A stretch of 64,000 nucleotides of DNA from the human T2T-CHM13v2.0 reference genome, Homo sapiens (GCF_009914755.1 NC_060932.1), one strand, 5' to 3'. Positions 1 to 16,459 are shown, numbered from the stretch's first letter. Program-made: numbers and translations. Notes: generated from the letters alone by a model not told the origin.

Positions 1-49
1 AGAGTCTACTGTACAGTTAAGGTTGAGACCCACTGCCTTAACCCACTTC

Positions 50-245
50 CATACGTTGCTTTACTTCACAGCATCCAGCACCTTCTAATATATGACAAAA
101 TGTGTATGCCATGATCCTCAGCCTCCAGCCACTAGGCTATGAGCATCTAGAAGGCAGGTACGTGCACCTTCTTATTCACTGTTGAATCCCCAGTGCCTGC
201 ACACCGTAGGCACTCAATAAGTATCTGTTGAGTAAATCAATGAAA
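50..245 (+). mobile_element. L2 LINE 3' end fragment
   Basis: Typical L2 tail: ...CCCCAGTGCCTG..ACCGTAGGCACTCAATAAGTATCTGTTGA. Confidence 0.6.
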
Positions 246-927
246 AACCAACATGAATCCTCCCCTCAGGTTCTGTGCAATCTACTGGAGAGAGACAAAC
301 AAACAGCTAACTGAATGGAAAACCACAGCTGGGTGTTAAATGTTCTATATGAGCACATACCAGGAGAATTTGGCCTTGTCTGAGGCATCAAGGAAGTGAC
401 TCTGGAAGAAGTCAGATGCAGCTGGGTGCTGGCTTTCCAGAAAGTGGAAAGGAGGTGTGTGGGGAAAGCGGGGAGAAGGAGGAGGAGTGTGGCTCTGCCC
501 TGGGGCTGGGGATGAGAAGGCAGGCAGAGCTTGCCTGCCTTAGTAACATGTGAATTAACTATGAGACACCCCCAAGGCCCATTCAAGCAGGGTGGTGATC
601 ATATTTTCTATCAGTGGCACTGTGGATGATTTCTACCAATCCGTCAGGACACTGAAATGTGTGCAGGAAGTGTGCCTGCTACACGTCCAAGCTAGGCCCC
701 CGCTAGGAGTGTGAAATGCCCAACATACCTGCCAGGACAACCATAGGACAAGAGACGAGATGTCCCTTGTTCCCTCCTGGGCCCCTCCCTTCTCCAAACC
801 CTAACATCCATATGCCACGCCTTAGGCAGGCAGGGCCAGCCCTAGCCCTAGGCTAGCTACTCTCTTTACCTGAGCCCACAGCCCAAGTCATTCTAGATAC
901 TAGTCCATCAAGAATAGCTAACACAGT

Positions 928-1238
<311 letters not shown>

Positions 1239-2009
1239 CTAGCACTACAGGCCTACACCACAGGATCAGAAAACTTACCATTTCACCTAGGTTTAAACTG
1301 ATATGCATCTTGAAAACCCAGAAATCAGAGTTAGCAACAAGTAGCAGAAATCAAATGCTAACCGAAAGGAGACCCTGTCTCTCTGGAGCCTTGGCGGAAA
1401 TTGCTAAAGTTGGTAGACAAGTTTTCAAATGGAGATCTTACTCTTAAGACCATCAGTATATTTTATTAATCATACGGTTTTCAAAAAAGTTATAAAACAC
1501 ATTACTTCTTTTTCTACATTCTTAAACAAAGGACAGTGAACACAAATGATGTTTCAGAGCCAATACTGTACCATGTTATAGTTCATCAAATATCCACAGA
1601 AGCTGTGCTTGGTGACAGGCAGGGCAGTAGGTGTTGGACTTGGAAGCACATTCATTCCTGAGGAGGGTGTAGAACACATTCTTGGGCATTGGGCCAGCTG
1701 TTCTTCAATTGCCATGGTTCTTTACTTCTTCTGGGCATTACATTTTATAATTTCCTGGCCCACTTCCTTATATTTGGGTTACCAGCTGTCCTTTCTTCCC
1801 AGTACTATCTGCAAGAATCCCTCTTTCATTTTTAAATGTACTGCTTCTAATCTACTGCAGGCTGAGAAACCAGATTACCTAACAGGTTAGAATTGTCTAA
1901 CGTAAGATTAAATAAATTCTAGGTTAGAAATCCAAGTGATACTCTAGAAATCAATCATACTATTGTTTGTGAGTGTGTGGTCTTTATGACATCAGTTCCA
2001 GCTGTTCAA

Positions 2010-2296
2010 AAGCAGTACGGTGCTGTGGTTAAGGACACAGGTTCAAAAGTCAGAGGGCCTCAGTTCATCTGCTATGTGTATGCTCTTAGGCAAACCACTT
2101 TTAAAGACTGTCTGCTTCAGTTTCTTCATCTGTAAAATGGAGATAAAATGGGTATCTTCCTGCTAGGTGGACATAAAGATTAAAGAAGATACTTCTCATT
2201 ACCCTGCACATAGGATGTGCTTAGATATGAGTTGCTGTTGCTGTTATCCTCACATAGGATGCCCTCAGATATGAGTTGCTGTTGCTGTTATCCTCA
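2010..2296 (+). mobile_element. MIR SINE ending in a 44-bp tandem duplication
   Basis: MIR core CTTCAGTTTCTTCATCTGTAAAATGGAGATAA at about 2116-2146. Confidence 0.65.
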
Positions 2297-2924
2297 TCAT
2301 CAACTGGGGTCAAATATGTGCATGCCAACAGGATATGGCTTCAACAGCGCCTGCCACAGCCAACTTCCCCTAACCACAGTCCTCTGTTGCAGGAAGCAAC
2401 TTTGGGCTGTTTTCACAAGAGGATGACCACCAAGTAAATCAAGAGTGGCAACATGACAGGGCAGTCGTTTCACTGACCAGGTCACCACCATACCCAAGAC
2501 GTGGCCTAATATGAATGGCTCTCCCCAGCAAGCAATGCTTACTGGAAAAGTCAATCCGACTGGTCTCCTCCAGGCCCTGGACGAGAGAATTCAGGAAAGA
2601 CTGGCCAGTGGTTGGAAGACACACACAGGGCCAGAGATGCTAGCCAAGCAAGACATGAAGGCATAGAGCAGGAACAAAGGAGCCTGGCCCAGGTATTGTG
2701 GTGGGTCCTGAGAACTTACGAGAGCAGTTTCAGTTCAGTTTCTGCCCCATGTCCCCTCACAATAAATCCCAAAACTTAAGGTAGCCCAAATGATTTTCGG
2801 CTCTTTGCAACATAAGGGCCTGCTGAACCGGCCGAGGGAGGCTTCCCAGTAGCTGAGCTCCACTCACACACGGTGTCCCTCCAAATGTTACCCTCAACTG
2901 GCGAGGACTTAAAAGTCAATTGGA

Positions 2925-3285
<361 letters not shown>

Positions 3286-3559
3286 TCAAGGAAGTATCTG
3301 ACTGCCCCAGGGATCCCCCTCAACTGCTTCCACCCCTACCCCACACACATGCAAGCCCCAGCTTGAAGACCCCTGTAGGTCTTTACAGAAACAATGGCTG
3401 GACTTCCAGGGCACCTACCACAATTTCCTGAGGACTTAAGTATCAAAGTAGAGATAAGTTATTGCTGTGGCTTAGTTAGGAAGAGCTAAGTTTCGAAACT
3501 AAATGAACCTCTGTTGTTGATTAGAAAATAGCAGGAAGATGAGTTTAATAATACCACCA

Positions 3560-3705
3560 CCCTGTAGAACACATTAATGTTTACAAGGTACAGTCTCACA
3601 TACTCCACCTCATTTGACCTTCTTAACGACCCTATGAGACCAGTATTATGATCCCCATTTCCAGATGTGGAAACTGAGGCTGAGAAGTTAAAAACCTAGT
3701 CCAGG
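3560..3705 (-). mobile_element. MIR fragment
   Basis: CCCCATTTCCAGATGTGGAAACTGAGGCTGAGAAGTTAA. Confidence 0.6.
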
Positions 3706-4441
3706 AACTTTGGGGGATCAGCTACTGTTATGGTGCAGGGCCACAGGCTCTCCCTTTTAAAGGGCTTCACAGAAGACAAAAGGGTACACAAAAAGAGGCT
3801 GTGTATCCTCACAAATTTCTCCTTTTCTGTCCATTTTTAAATCACTTAGAATAGTGCCTCCTTTACACTTAAAATCCCAGGCCTTACTTAGATGCCCAGA
3901 GGTCAAAGCGACCTGTCCAAATTTACCTCCTATGGTCCATGGAGTCAACAACCAAAGAGAAAACAGAAACAAATCCTTGATAAACTGCATACAATTAGCT
4001 AGAAGAGTAACATCTACCTAGGTAAGGCCTGCAGATTCTGAAATCCCAGGCAAGGTTATATGCACAGTGCTTGGAGTGAAGTCTAGGGATGTCTGCTCAG
4101 TAAGAGACCAGGGAGGATTTTGGCTGGAGAAAAACAAAACTTCAAAGAGAACAGAGCAGTGGAGCTTCAAAGGCCCCCTGGCAGGACCAATTAACACCTA
4201 CAAATGTTTATCTAGGCAGTCATTTAATGATGGCTACTTCACTAAATGGGTGTTCACCTTAAAAACAGCTATAGCCCAGAATGGGATTGGAGTGGGGAGT
4301 TAGGGAGGACAGGACAGGAAGTTCTATATTGTGTTTTGAGAGAGAGACCCTAGTCAAGAAGAAAACACTCAACAAGGTGAAACCCATTACAGACTATTTC
4401 TAATGAGGAAAAAAAAAAAAAACAAGTTAAATATGTAAGAA

Positions 4442-4846
<405 letters not shown>

Positions 4847-5286
4847 TTACTAGAACAGAAAAATGCCCTTGGATAATGTTAGGAAAAAAAATAACATCCA
4901 AAAATACATTTAAAGTCTGACTTCAACTTTACAAAACTGACAGACTAGAATGGTAAGGTGAATGGGTAGGAGTTTGTTTTGTTTGCTGAAGTAGCCCCAG
5001 CTCCAATACATAAGTGTCTGGCACAAACAAGACACTTAAGAAAAATGTGTTGAATTCATTATTTACTCACCATTAATTAAATAATAATTAACCTATCTAT
5101 CCAGGGTACTTGGATATGCAGAGACAGAGCCACATAAACATATAGGTATATATATGTGCTAGAATAGACTGACTACATCAAAGTTTACCAATAGTGGCTA
5201 ACACTTATAATAGAATTAGGAAAGAAATTTAATTATGTATTCCAATCTTCTGTATTTTCCCAATCTTCCACAGAGGCTATGCATAC

Positions 5287-5909
<623 letters not shown>

Positions 5910-6479
5910 TGTGTATAACGCTTATAATTTTTTAAGCACTGTTTTTCTTTTAAAGAGCCTTAGGTCCTGGAGGCATTGGGTGTGGTATGTTCCAGAAACA
6001 GAATATTCCCATAGGCCTTTCATTTCTATTCTATTGGATCACAGTGTCTACCTGGGGCAGCAGTCACTCTGATCCCCATCCACCTGCAGCGACATCTCCA
6101 GGGTTCACTTTCACTTACAATCACAGAGGGACACCCTGCAGGATGCTATCAGTAGGGGAAAGGTCACACAGACAGAATGCTAATCAGCTTCCTCACTTTT
6201 CTTAGAAGAACCCTAGGAGAGAATTACAAGCAGAATCTACATAGAAACAATTCCAATGCCCCTTGAACAGAAGAGTTGAAGGAGTTCAGTGCTTAAATGT
6301 CAGGTTTAGGAGCCACCTTTATGACATCTCTGAGCCAAACTTTTTCCTCGGGAAACATGTTCATAAAGTAAAGCAATGGAAAAAAGATCCATATACAAAC
6401 ACCTGACTCACGCTTCACGTATTAAAAGTTAATATGTAACAGGGAGAAACTCTGTTTGATTCTTTAAGATGGTAACATT

Positions 6480-6690
6480 TTGTAGAAGAGAATGGACTTT
6501 GGAATCTAAGTACCCAGGTAGGAACCCTGCCATTTTCTCACTAGATGTGACACTGAGCTTGTTACTTTACTGTCTCAGGGGCCTACATTCTAATCTGTAA
6601 AATGGGGATATAACCTAACTCACACTGTTGTTGAAAGTTTCTATGAACTAATAAAAGTAAATTCAAATAACAGGTACTCAGCAAATCTTC
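6480..6690 (+). mobile_element. MIR
   Basis: GGACTTTGGAATC...ATCTGTAAAATGGGGATATAA. Confidence 0.55.
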
Positions 6691-6761
6691 TAGTCTGGAG
6701 GGAATCCTGTTTATTACAGGAGCCTGGTCAAGGTGGAAGAGGTTTTAAATAAAAACAATTA

Positions 6762-7259
6762 TAGGTTGAATATCTGTTATCTGAAATGAATGCTAGTTAT
6801 CCCTTATCTAAAGAAAGTTAATTCCGCACAACCTGAAGCATGTACATGTTCCATGCAGGGGGCTGGCACACCTGTTCTGATGACATGGCCACTGCATACA
6901 ACATTCACATTATGACCTCGAGAGAAAAAAAACGCACTATTTTCTTCTTCCAGAGTATGAAGGAAGCGCTAGGTAATTATTACATGGCAATAGCTACTTC
7001 TCAAACACCTTGTTCAGAAAATACCTTGTTTCAAATACACAATTTAGGCTGAGAAGGACTTGGCCTAAAATGCTTGAAATGCTTGAGACCAAAAGTGTTT
7101 CAAATTTTGGATTTTTTTAGATTTTGAGATATCTGCATTGTATACTTAGAGTTGGACATCCCTAATTCAAAAATCCGAAATCCAAAATGCTCATGTCAGT
7201 GGTCAAAAGTTTCAGATTTTGGAGCATTTTGGACCTTTGGATTAGGGAAGCTCAACCTG
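6762..7259 (+). mobile_element. Tigger4a/MER46-type DNA transposon, split by a ~250-bp insert
   Basis: TIRs TAGGTTGAAT... and ...GCTCAACCTG flanked by TA; body AAAATGCTTG...GACCAAAAGTGTTTC...ATCCGAAATCCAAAATGCTC at 7067-7259. Confidence 0.75.
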
Positions 7260-10200
7260 TAGTTATTAACCTCATGGAAACATAAGCTTCTGTGTTCATG
7301 TTTGAACATGAAACATGTCCAGAAGCCTGCAGAAGCCAATGACCACTTTGTCTCACCTGGTTCATTCTGAATATGCAGTGCTGCAAAGCGAATGCAGTGA
7401 GGTAGCAATGAATGTTCTTCTCTCCGTGAAAAGAACAGACAACTCGGGCCATAAAACCTGGGTTTTAGCCTCAATTCAGCCACTTACAGGCTGCGTAGCC
7501 TCAGGCAAGTCACCTTACCACCGTTTGCCTCCGTTTACACACCAGCAACATAGCCTGAGAAGACACCTTCAAGATGGTTGTGAGCAAAGCAGCCAGGCCC
7601 TACCAAGCACAACTTCTGCTGTGACATTGGCATATTAAAGGTCATTATTGGCAGGAGTTTCTAGCACTGTGTTCTGAGAAGGCAGATCCTCAAGCCTTCT
7701 GACAGAAAGAACTAACACCACCTGCAGGTGTAGCATCTCCCCTTTTGCCATCCAAAGTTGCTGTCAGAGTCAGGGTGACCAAAGGTGGCCTCCAATGGGC
7801 AGGACCTGCCCAAACCTTAGTAACAAGCCATTATTCGTAGAGTAAAATCCTGCAGGCCCCTAGCTTAGATCACAGACTCCACTGGAAACCCTCATTTGCT
7901 AGGCTGAATTCAGTAATAATACAAATGTCCCTGAAAGTAGCAAATAACACCCCAACATTTACTCAGGGATTCCTTGTGATTGAGGTTCTCAGGTGCTCTC
8001 CAGAAAGCAGGTTTAGAAAGAGGCGAGAAAGGAAGGAGAGAATCAGAATCTCGGTGTCAGAAGACAAACTTGCCAACTTCATAATTTTCCATAGGGCTGG
8101 CCCTACCTTATTTTTTAACTGTGCTAATTGGGTTTATGTTAGAAATGCTTTTGTGCTATTGTACAACTGTGGGGAGAAAGGTGCTAATATTTTACATTTA
8201 AAACCCGAGAATCTCAATTCCCACCTTTCATTTTGGAGAAGGAAAACATTCATCTAAGGTTCACTGCTGGATCATGAACTTGCTCAAGGTGTCTGTTAAT
8301 ACAGTTTGGGATAATGAGGAAAAAAAGAAAAAAGTATTTAGCATTTTTACTTGCCTTGCACATATTTTCTTTTTGCTGTAAGTGCATGTAATTCAACTTA
8401 TTGTTCAGTCAATGCACAGTCTATTCCCTAAACCCCTTAGGGCCAAATTGAAAGGTTCAAAAAACTCCTACTTAGACTAAACAGCTCCACAGACCTACCC
8501 AACTAAACAAACAGGCAAAATGTAAACTCCCAGAGCAAGAGTTTGTAAGTCTGAGGATGCCCTCAGCGGGAGGTGTGTGTCAGCCCCTGAAACCATATAA
8601 CAAATTGTGTACATGCTTTTATTTATTTACTTATCATTTATTTTTGCAAAGGTTGTCCTCCAAGTTTTCATCAGATTACTGAAGAATTCTAAGAGAAATC
8701 CCATAACAAACACCATTAATAAGGATCTCCTTGTGGCTGGTGAATTTTCAAGGGTGCCTGAGAATAGAAATGAAAGACTGCAGATCAAGGCAAAATTAAG
8801 GGGGCCTGCATTCTGGTGCTACCCTTGTCACTAAACAATTTTCTTGCCTTAAGCAAACCCCTGAAACGTTCTGTCCCTCAGTTTCTACATCTGTAAAAAT
8901 CAGGATGTTGGAAGCTGAATGATCACTTACCTCCAAGACCCTTGAAGATACCAGGATGGTGAGGTACAGTGTTAGCAAACACAGAAAAAGGGAAATACCA
9001 AAAAGAATTGCACACAATCTTGCCTGTTTCCAGAAAAGCTTTAAATATTCACCCTTGCTTTCCTTGGAGGGGGTCAAAGATAGAAGCCACCTCTCCTTTC
9101 CCTCTCTTTCTTCTATTTCAAATAGCTGAATCTAAAGTTTCACAATAATGCCCTTTGTAGGGATGTGAACTATGAAGTTCATGCAAAAGTACAATAATTC
9201 TATAAGGATGCATAAGTAGCTGAAAGAACATAAAATACAAAGAATTTCTCTAAAGCGTCACTACAACTCATCTAATTACTGCAATGACTTGTTTTAGCTG
9301 GCATTATCCACATGTGTTAAAATATATAACTGATAAAAAATAATTACAGCTATCATAAAAATTGATATTTTAATATAATCCTGAACGTCTGGGTCAAAAA
9401 ATGACAAAAGAAATTTATTTTCTCTCTATTACAAGAGAAAAGTATTTTCTTTCATTCCTTGCAGCTTTTCTATACCTTTGCAATCAACGTCTAATTTTCA
9501 CAAAGGCACAGGTGAGACAGAAGTCATTGCTCTTTTAGCACTAAATTCTTTATCGACACATAATATTCTATTTCACCAAAAGCAACCTTTTTTTAGTTGA
9601 AACATTTGTATATACTCTATATTTGTATATACTCTAACTTGACCATAATACCATAAATTTTCAATCTAGTCATCAGGCTGCATAAAGTTTGCTCCAAAGG
9701 AAACTTACAGGTGATTGCTTGAGGGAGCAAATTAAACTGAAGCTTTTTTTTTCCCATGGACACTTGCTAATAAGCTAGATGGAAACTGATTGTGTTTTTA
9801 CAAGCTATTACCAAATGAGTGCTTAGAGCACCCCTGAAGCAGTCTGAAACCCACTCTGCAAAACCCAAACTAATGCTCAAGGTGACTAATCAAAAGTCAC
9901 ACCATGAGTCAGTATGAGAAGTCAAACTTACACAGATCACGTCTACAGACCTAACTTCAATATCGCCTCCACCCAAAACGCTAGAGAGACTGGCATATCT
10001 TGACTTGAGGAGTTCTGCATCTCACATATCTAAGGCCATCTTCCAGAAAGCATCAATATAAGTAGCACAGTAGTTGCTCTTACGCCAGAGCACGACACAC
10101 GTTGCTTGCTCTGCTAGCGTATCTCCAAATTTGAGAGTTCTTGCTTCATCTTCATGTGTTCCAAAAAACCAATAATAAATGGCAATAAAGTTTGTAAGCA

Positions 10201-11868
10201 CCATTTCTCAAAGACAAATAATTCTGCTAACCCACTCAGAGGAATGAGTCAAAACTCCAGGTGTACCAGGCGAGTGAATGTAAACCTTTCGCAGCACCAT
10301 CCCGGGCTACATGCAAGTTTAGGGCTGGAAGGTATGCCAAAGGGGAACATAATGAAAATCCAGAAGTGTCCCTGCTAAAGAGATCCCTGCTTGGGAGAAA
10401 GAGCAAACTTGCTTTTCTACGAAATGCCACTTTTCTGATCAGACCCAATCCTGAGGTCCTGACCCCTTGTGGTCTTTAAACATAAACCAAAGTGTGGGTG
10501 TCATATTTCTTGGCCCGATCACAAAGAGGTCAAAAATTAGTTAAATTTAGTAAAAATTAAAGTTTTAAAGAAACCAACCCCTCCCTTCATTGCTGATCTC
10601 TAGAAAATGCTTCCATTCCACAGAAAACGTAGAAACGTAATATTTATTTTGGGAATAAAAGGGTAAGAAAGATATTATTCACTTGGATTAAGGGTATTTT
10701 CCAATATATATAATTCAAATTTCCTAAGCTGAAATCTCAGCTTTAGCCCTTTTAGAAGGATGAAGAACAGAATCCTTCCACAGAATTCTTTGAGACTGCT
10801 TTAGAAGACACTGAAAGGTTAGACTTCATCTCGAGTTACTCCACCATAAACCAGACAAAGAAATTCCTGAAAGGCTATAAGCATTTTTTTCTTACAAGCA
10901 CCCACAGGAATAGGTCAATGTAAATGTCGTATAAACAAAGCAGTTCATTACTAACCATAGTTTAAATGTCTTTTATGAGAAAACTGTAATCCATTGCAAC
11001 TGCACATTCATACATAACTGCCCCTGGATGAGAGGAAAATATGGATTCATAATTGATCTTAGTCTCCGGCTTTTCTTATGCCTGAAAAGCAAAAGGTATT
11101 GGGGGTTGGAAAGCTGAATCTGAGTGCTTGATACTTTCTCCTTCACTCTCTATGATCAAGTCTTGGAGGACTTTAATTTCCCTTCCAATCACTCCTATAG
11201 AGGCCCTAGTGTCTGAAAAAATGCACAGACGACAATCAAACCTTTCATTTCAAGGCCAGTTTCCCACCATACCCCTTCCTGTTCCAATCAGGTTTGCGAA
11301 ACATTTCCCCTATTCTGCATTTCATGAATCAATTGCAAAATCTGCCAACCTCTGCCAGTTCCTCTTGTACTCAGCTGAGAGGTTCCCCTTCCTTCCCTGG
11401 GTAGCACAAGGCTGCTCTGGTTTTTAACTGGCGTAACGTGGAAATGCACTGTAGGAACTCACTAACTCTTTCACAGCCAGATGTAAGTGAGAGTCTGGGC
11501 GGCAACCCCACCTACTAGGAAACTGGTCCACCAAGCTCAGGATAAAGCAGATTTGTGGAATTTAGCTTTGACTCCAAATCCCGTGTCAGTTACTGTCACG
11601 GGGAAGGAAAAAGGAAGAGTGAAAAGGTCTACAAAGTAACCAATTCAGTTACTTAGCAACTGGACAAAACTTGCCTCACTACAGAGGGTAAGGAGGCATC
11701 TCACACCCATTCAAAGAGTAACAGTCTACAATTTACATGCAAATAGATAAAGAAAAAAGGGAACGGGAAATCTAAATTAGCAACTGGAGTTTAGACAGTG
11801 AGACTGAGGCCCACATTTAAAAAAAAAAAAAAAAGTTTATCCTAGGAAAGAGACAGGACATGTACAGA

Positions 11869-11926
11869 AATGAATGAATTAATAAATGAATGAATGAATG
11901 AATGCATGCATGCATGCATGCATGCA
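11869..11926. repeat. (AATG)n followed by (ATGC)6 microsatellite
   Basis: Read directly; ATGC x6 at 11902-11925. Confidence 0.9.
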
Positions 11927-12542
11927 AAGCCACAGGCCCAACAAGTTTACAGTCTCCCTTCATAAAAGTCAATGCCACGGGGGAGAGAGGAAAGGGCCAC
12001 ACAAAGTTCGATACAATTTAAACATTTCCACGGCTAACATGAATTACAGGCTTACAGAAAATGTGAAGTTGGGAAAACTCCTGGGAAAGTAGGTACCCCC
12101 GCTCATGAGAAAAGCAAACAAAAGCATCACTCTTGGTGGAAGGTCTCTGGACTTTGGGTAGATCACAGCCTCTCCGGGTCTCTAGATACCCTCAGAAACA
12201 CCCTCCAGTACCCATGCCTGAAATGCAGTTACTAAACTTGGATCTAACCCCGACTCTTAACAGGAGACACGCCGCCCTGCAGGTTTCCTAAGCAAGAGGG
12301 AGATACTGTCACCTACTTGGCTCGAGAAGGTGCTCCAGGCTTTTCAGTTTGCCCGAGGAGCTCCAACTCTCTGTCCCCAGCCTCTAGCTGCACACCCGAA
12401 CCGGATTTGCTCAGTTCCAGGCTCAAAGGGGAAAGAGGACTGAGGGCTCATCCGCCCTCACCCCATCCCCCAACTTCACACCTGGACCAAGGCCGGCAGA
12501 GCCCAAGGCTGACTCCCAAAGACACGCCAGCCCAGACACTTA

Positions 12543-14285
<1,743 letters not shown>

Positions 14286-14359
14286 ACCCGGTTCTGAATG
14301 TTACACTTACACATTCCATTCCCGACACGACAGCGCTGACCTCATCCATCCACGCAGCC

Positions 14360-14425
14360 CGCGCTGCCATTGGCCGAGCGTCACGTCCGGGGGGGGCGGT
14401 GCTTCCGCTGCGCCCATTCATAACC
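14360..14425 (-). promoter_or_regulatory. EXT1 proximal promoter motif cluster: CCAAT box, CRE/E-box-like site, GC box, ETS site
   Basis: ATTGG 14369-14373 (CCAAT on minus), GTCACGTC 14380-14387, G-run ending GGGGCGG 14389-14399, CTTCCG 14402-14407 (CGGAAG on minus). No canonical TATA box. About 80-120 bp upstream of the presumed TSS. Confidence 0.6.
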
Positions 14426-15184
14426 CCCGGCCGCGGGCCGAGGCGCCGGCGCGGCGTTGGGGGCGTAGGGGGCGCAGGGAGCCGGGGCTCCCGGGTTGCA
14501 AGCTGCCGGCGGGCTGCCGGGCAGGTGGAGCGCGGGACGGCCCGGTGCGAGCCCCGCGGCCCCTCGGCGCGCCCAGGCCCGGATCTCGGCCTGCGCCGTG
14601 CCGGGGACCAGAGGCGCCTGCGGAAACGCGGCGGCCGGGGAAGGAGGCACCGGCAGGGGCCCCGTGCCGCGCGGCCCCGGGCGCCCTGGAGAATCTGGCC
14701 TCCTGGGCTGCCTGCCGGAACGCCTAGAGAAAGATGCTTTGAAGGAGGGAAGCAGGGAGGAAAGGAAGACTTCATAGAAAGCGACCGCCGATCCGAAAGC
14801 TGCCTCTCCCAGCCCTCCTTCCACTCTCCGAGACCCAGTATTTCAATTTTCTGCTAAGCATTAAAACAATCTCCCCTTACTCCTCCTCTACATAGCACAT
14901 TTTTTTAAACCAAAGAAACACCCCAATGCCCAACAATAAAGAGGAATTATTACAATCAAGAGGAATTGTTGCAATTCTTCATGCCTGCCTCTGTGCTAAG
15001 AGTGTAAGACGGCTATCCTAAATCCTCATTATCTACTTAGGCCGCCTTGCCTGAGCCCCCTCTGTCTATTATGAAGAAAGCTTCCAAGAGATCCAATCAC
15101 AGAGAAAAAATAAATTTTCTAATGGCTGCAGGGAAACCAGTTAATTTAAGCTTGCCCCAGTCCTCAAAGTGATGTTATTCTCTT

Positions 15185-15208
15185 GGTGGTGGTGGTGGTG
15201 GTGGTGGT
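15185..15208 (+). repeat. (GGT)8 microsatellite
   Basis: Read directly. Confidence 0.9.
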
Positions 15209-16102
15209 GTTAAAGATATCTCTTAAGGACATATGACTGGTAGAATTGCCAACTGTCCCAGCTATAGAAGGAACACTTGCATCAGGAAAACTACCTTATG
15301 TACAATTAGTGCCAAATAGTTGGTCCTTCCCTCACTGACCTCCCACTCCTTGGCCCAAGCTCCTGCCACTCCCAGTGGAAGAACTTCATTAGATAACTCA
15401 GGTAACCGAGGAGCAGTCCCGCTAAAGATCCTCCAGGTCCACAAAGATGTGCTAGGCTCCCAAACAGTATCTCTGGTCAAAGTCAAACTCCCTGGCCTCA
15501 GATCCTGAACACTGCTTTACAGAAAACACCTCCCACCCTCTGGCCTAGCTAAAGTCTCAGGGCTCGGGCAAGCTAGACAGTTGCCTAGGGCAGCCGGCTG
15601 TTTAGTGATTGTTTATTATGGGAGTGACTGAGAGCTAGGAGCAGACACTTCCCGGCTTCCCTCAGGCTGCAAAAACCCCAGCGGGGTGTGGATGAAGGGC
15701 AGGGTTATAACAAGGCAGTATGAAATGATAGAGTGGAAAGTTTCAGACCTCTGTTGTTTCAGATTTGTTTTAATAAAGCAGGGAAGGGGCATGGGTGGGA
15801 CATTACTATACATTCGTGAAGCCTCTCCCTATTTCTGACCTGCCAAAGATGAGACAGCTTTTCCAGATTTGACTTGAACCCCCTGCACAATGTAGAGAGG
15901 CCTGGGACAGGAATAAGGATTCAGTCATCTTCCAAATACAGTGACAATGATGCAGATAAAGGCAGTGATTGAAACCACATGTGACCCAAAGCTCCCCCCA
16001 GCCCAAGTTGCTAAGAACAACAGTTCAAGGCAGGAGGCCTTCTCTTCTGATCAGGGTGCAGATTATCTCAGCCCTGTGAAGTGGGGCTGTGGGACTGGAG
16101 GT

Positions 16103-16459
<357 letters not shown>

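Noticed and set aside
2207-2296. Direct repeats considered as CRISPR-like arrays (also 35480-35551, 42081-42153)
   Set aside because: Only two adjacent copies, no unique spacers, no cas genes, and a mammalian context.
9604-9636. 17-bp tandem duplication (another at 60556-60592)
   Set aside because: Ordinary slippage events with no functional cue.
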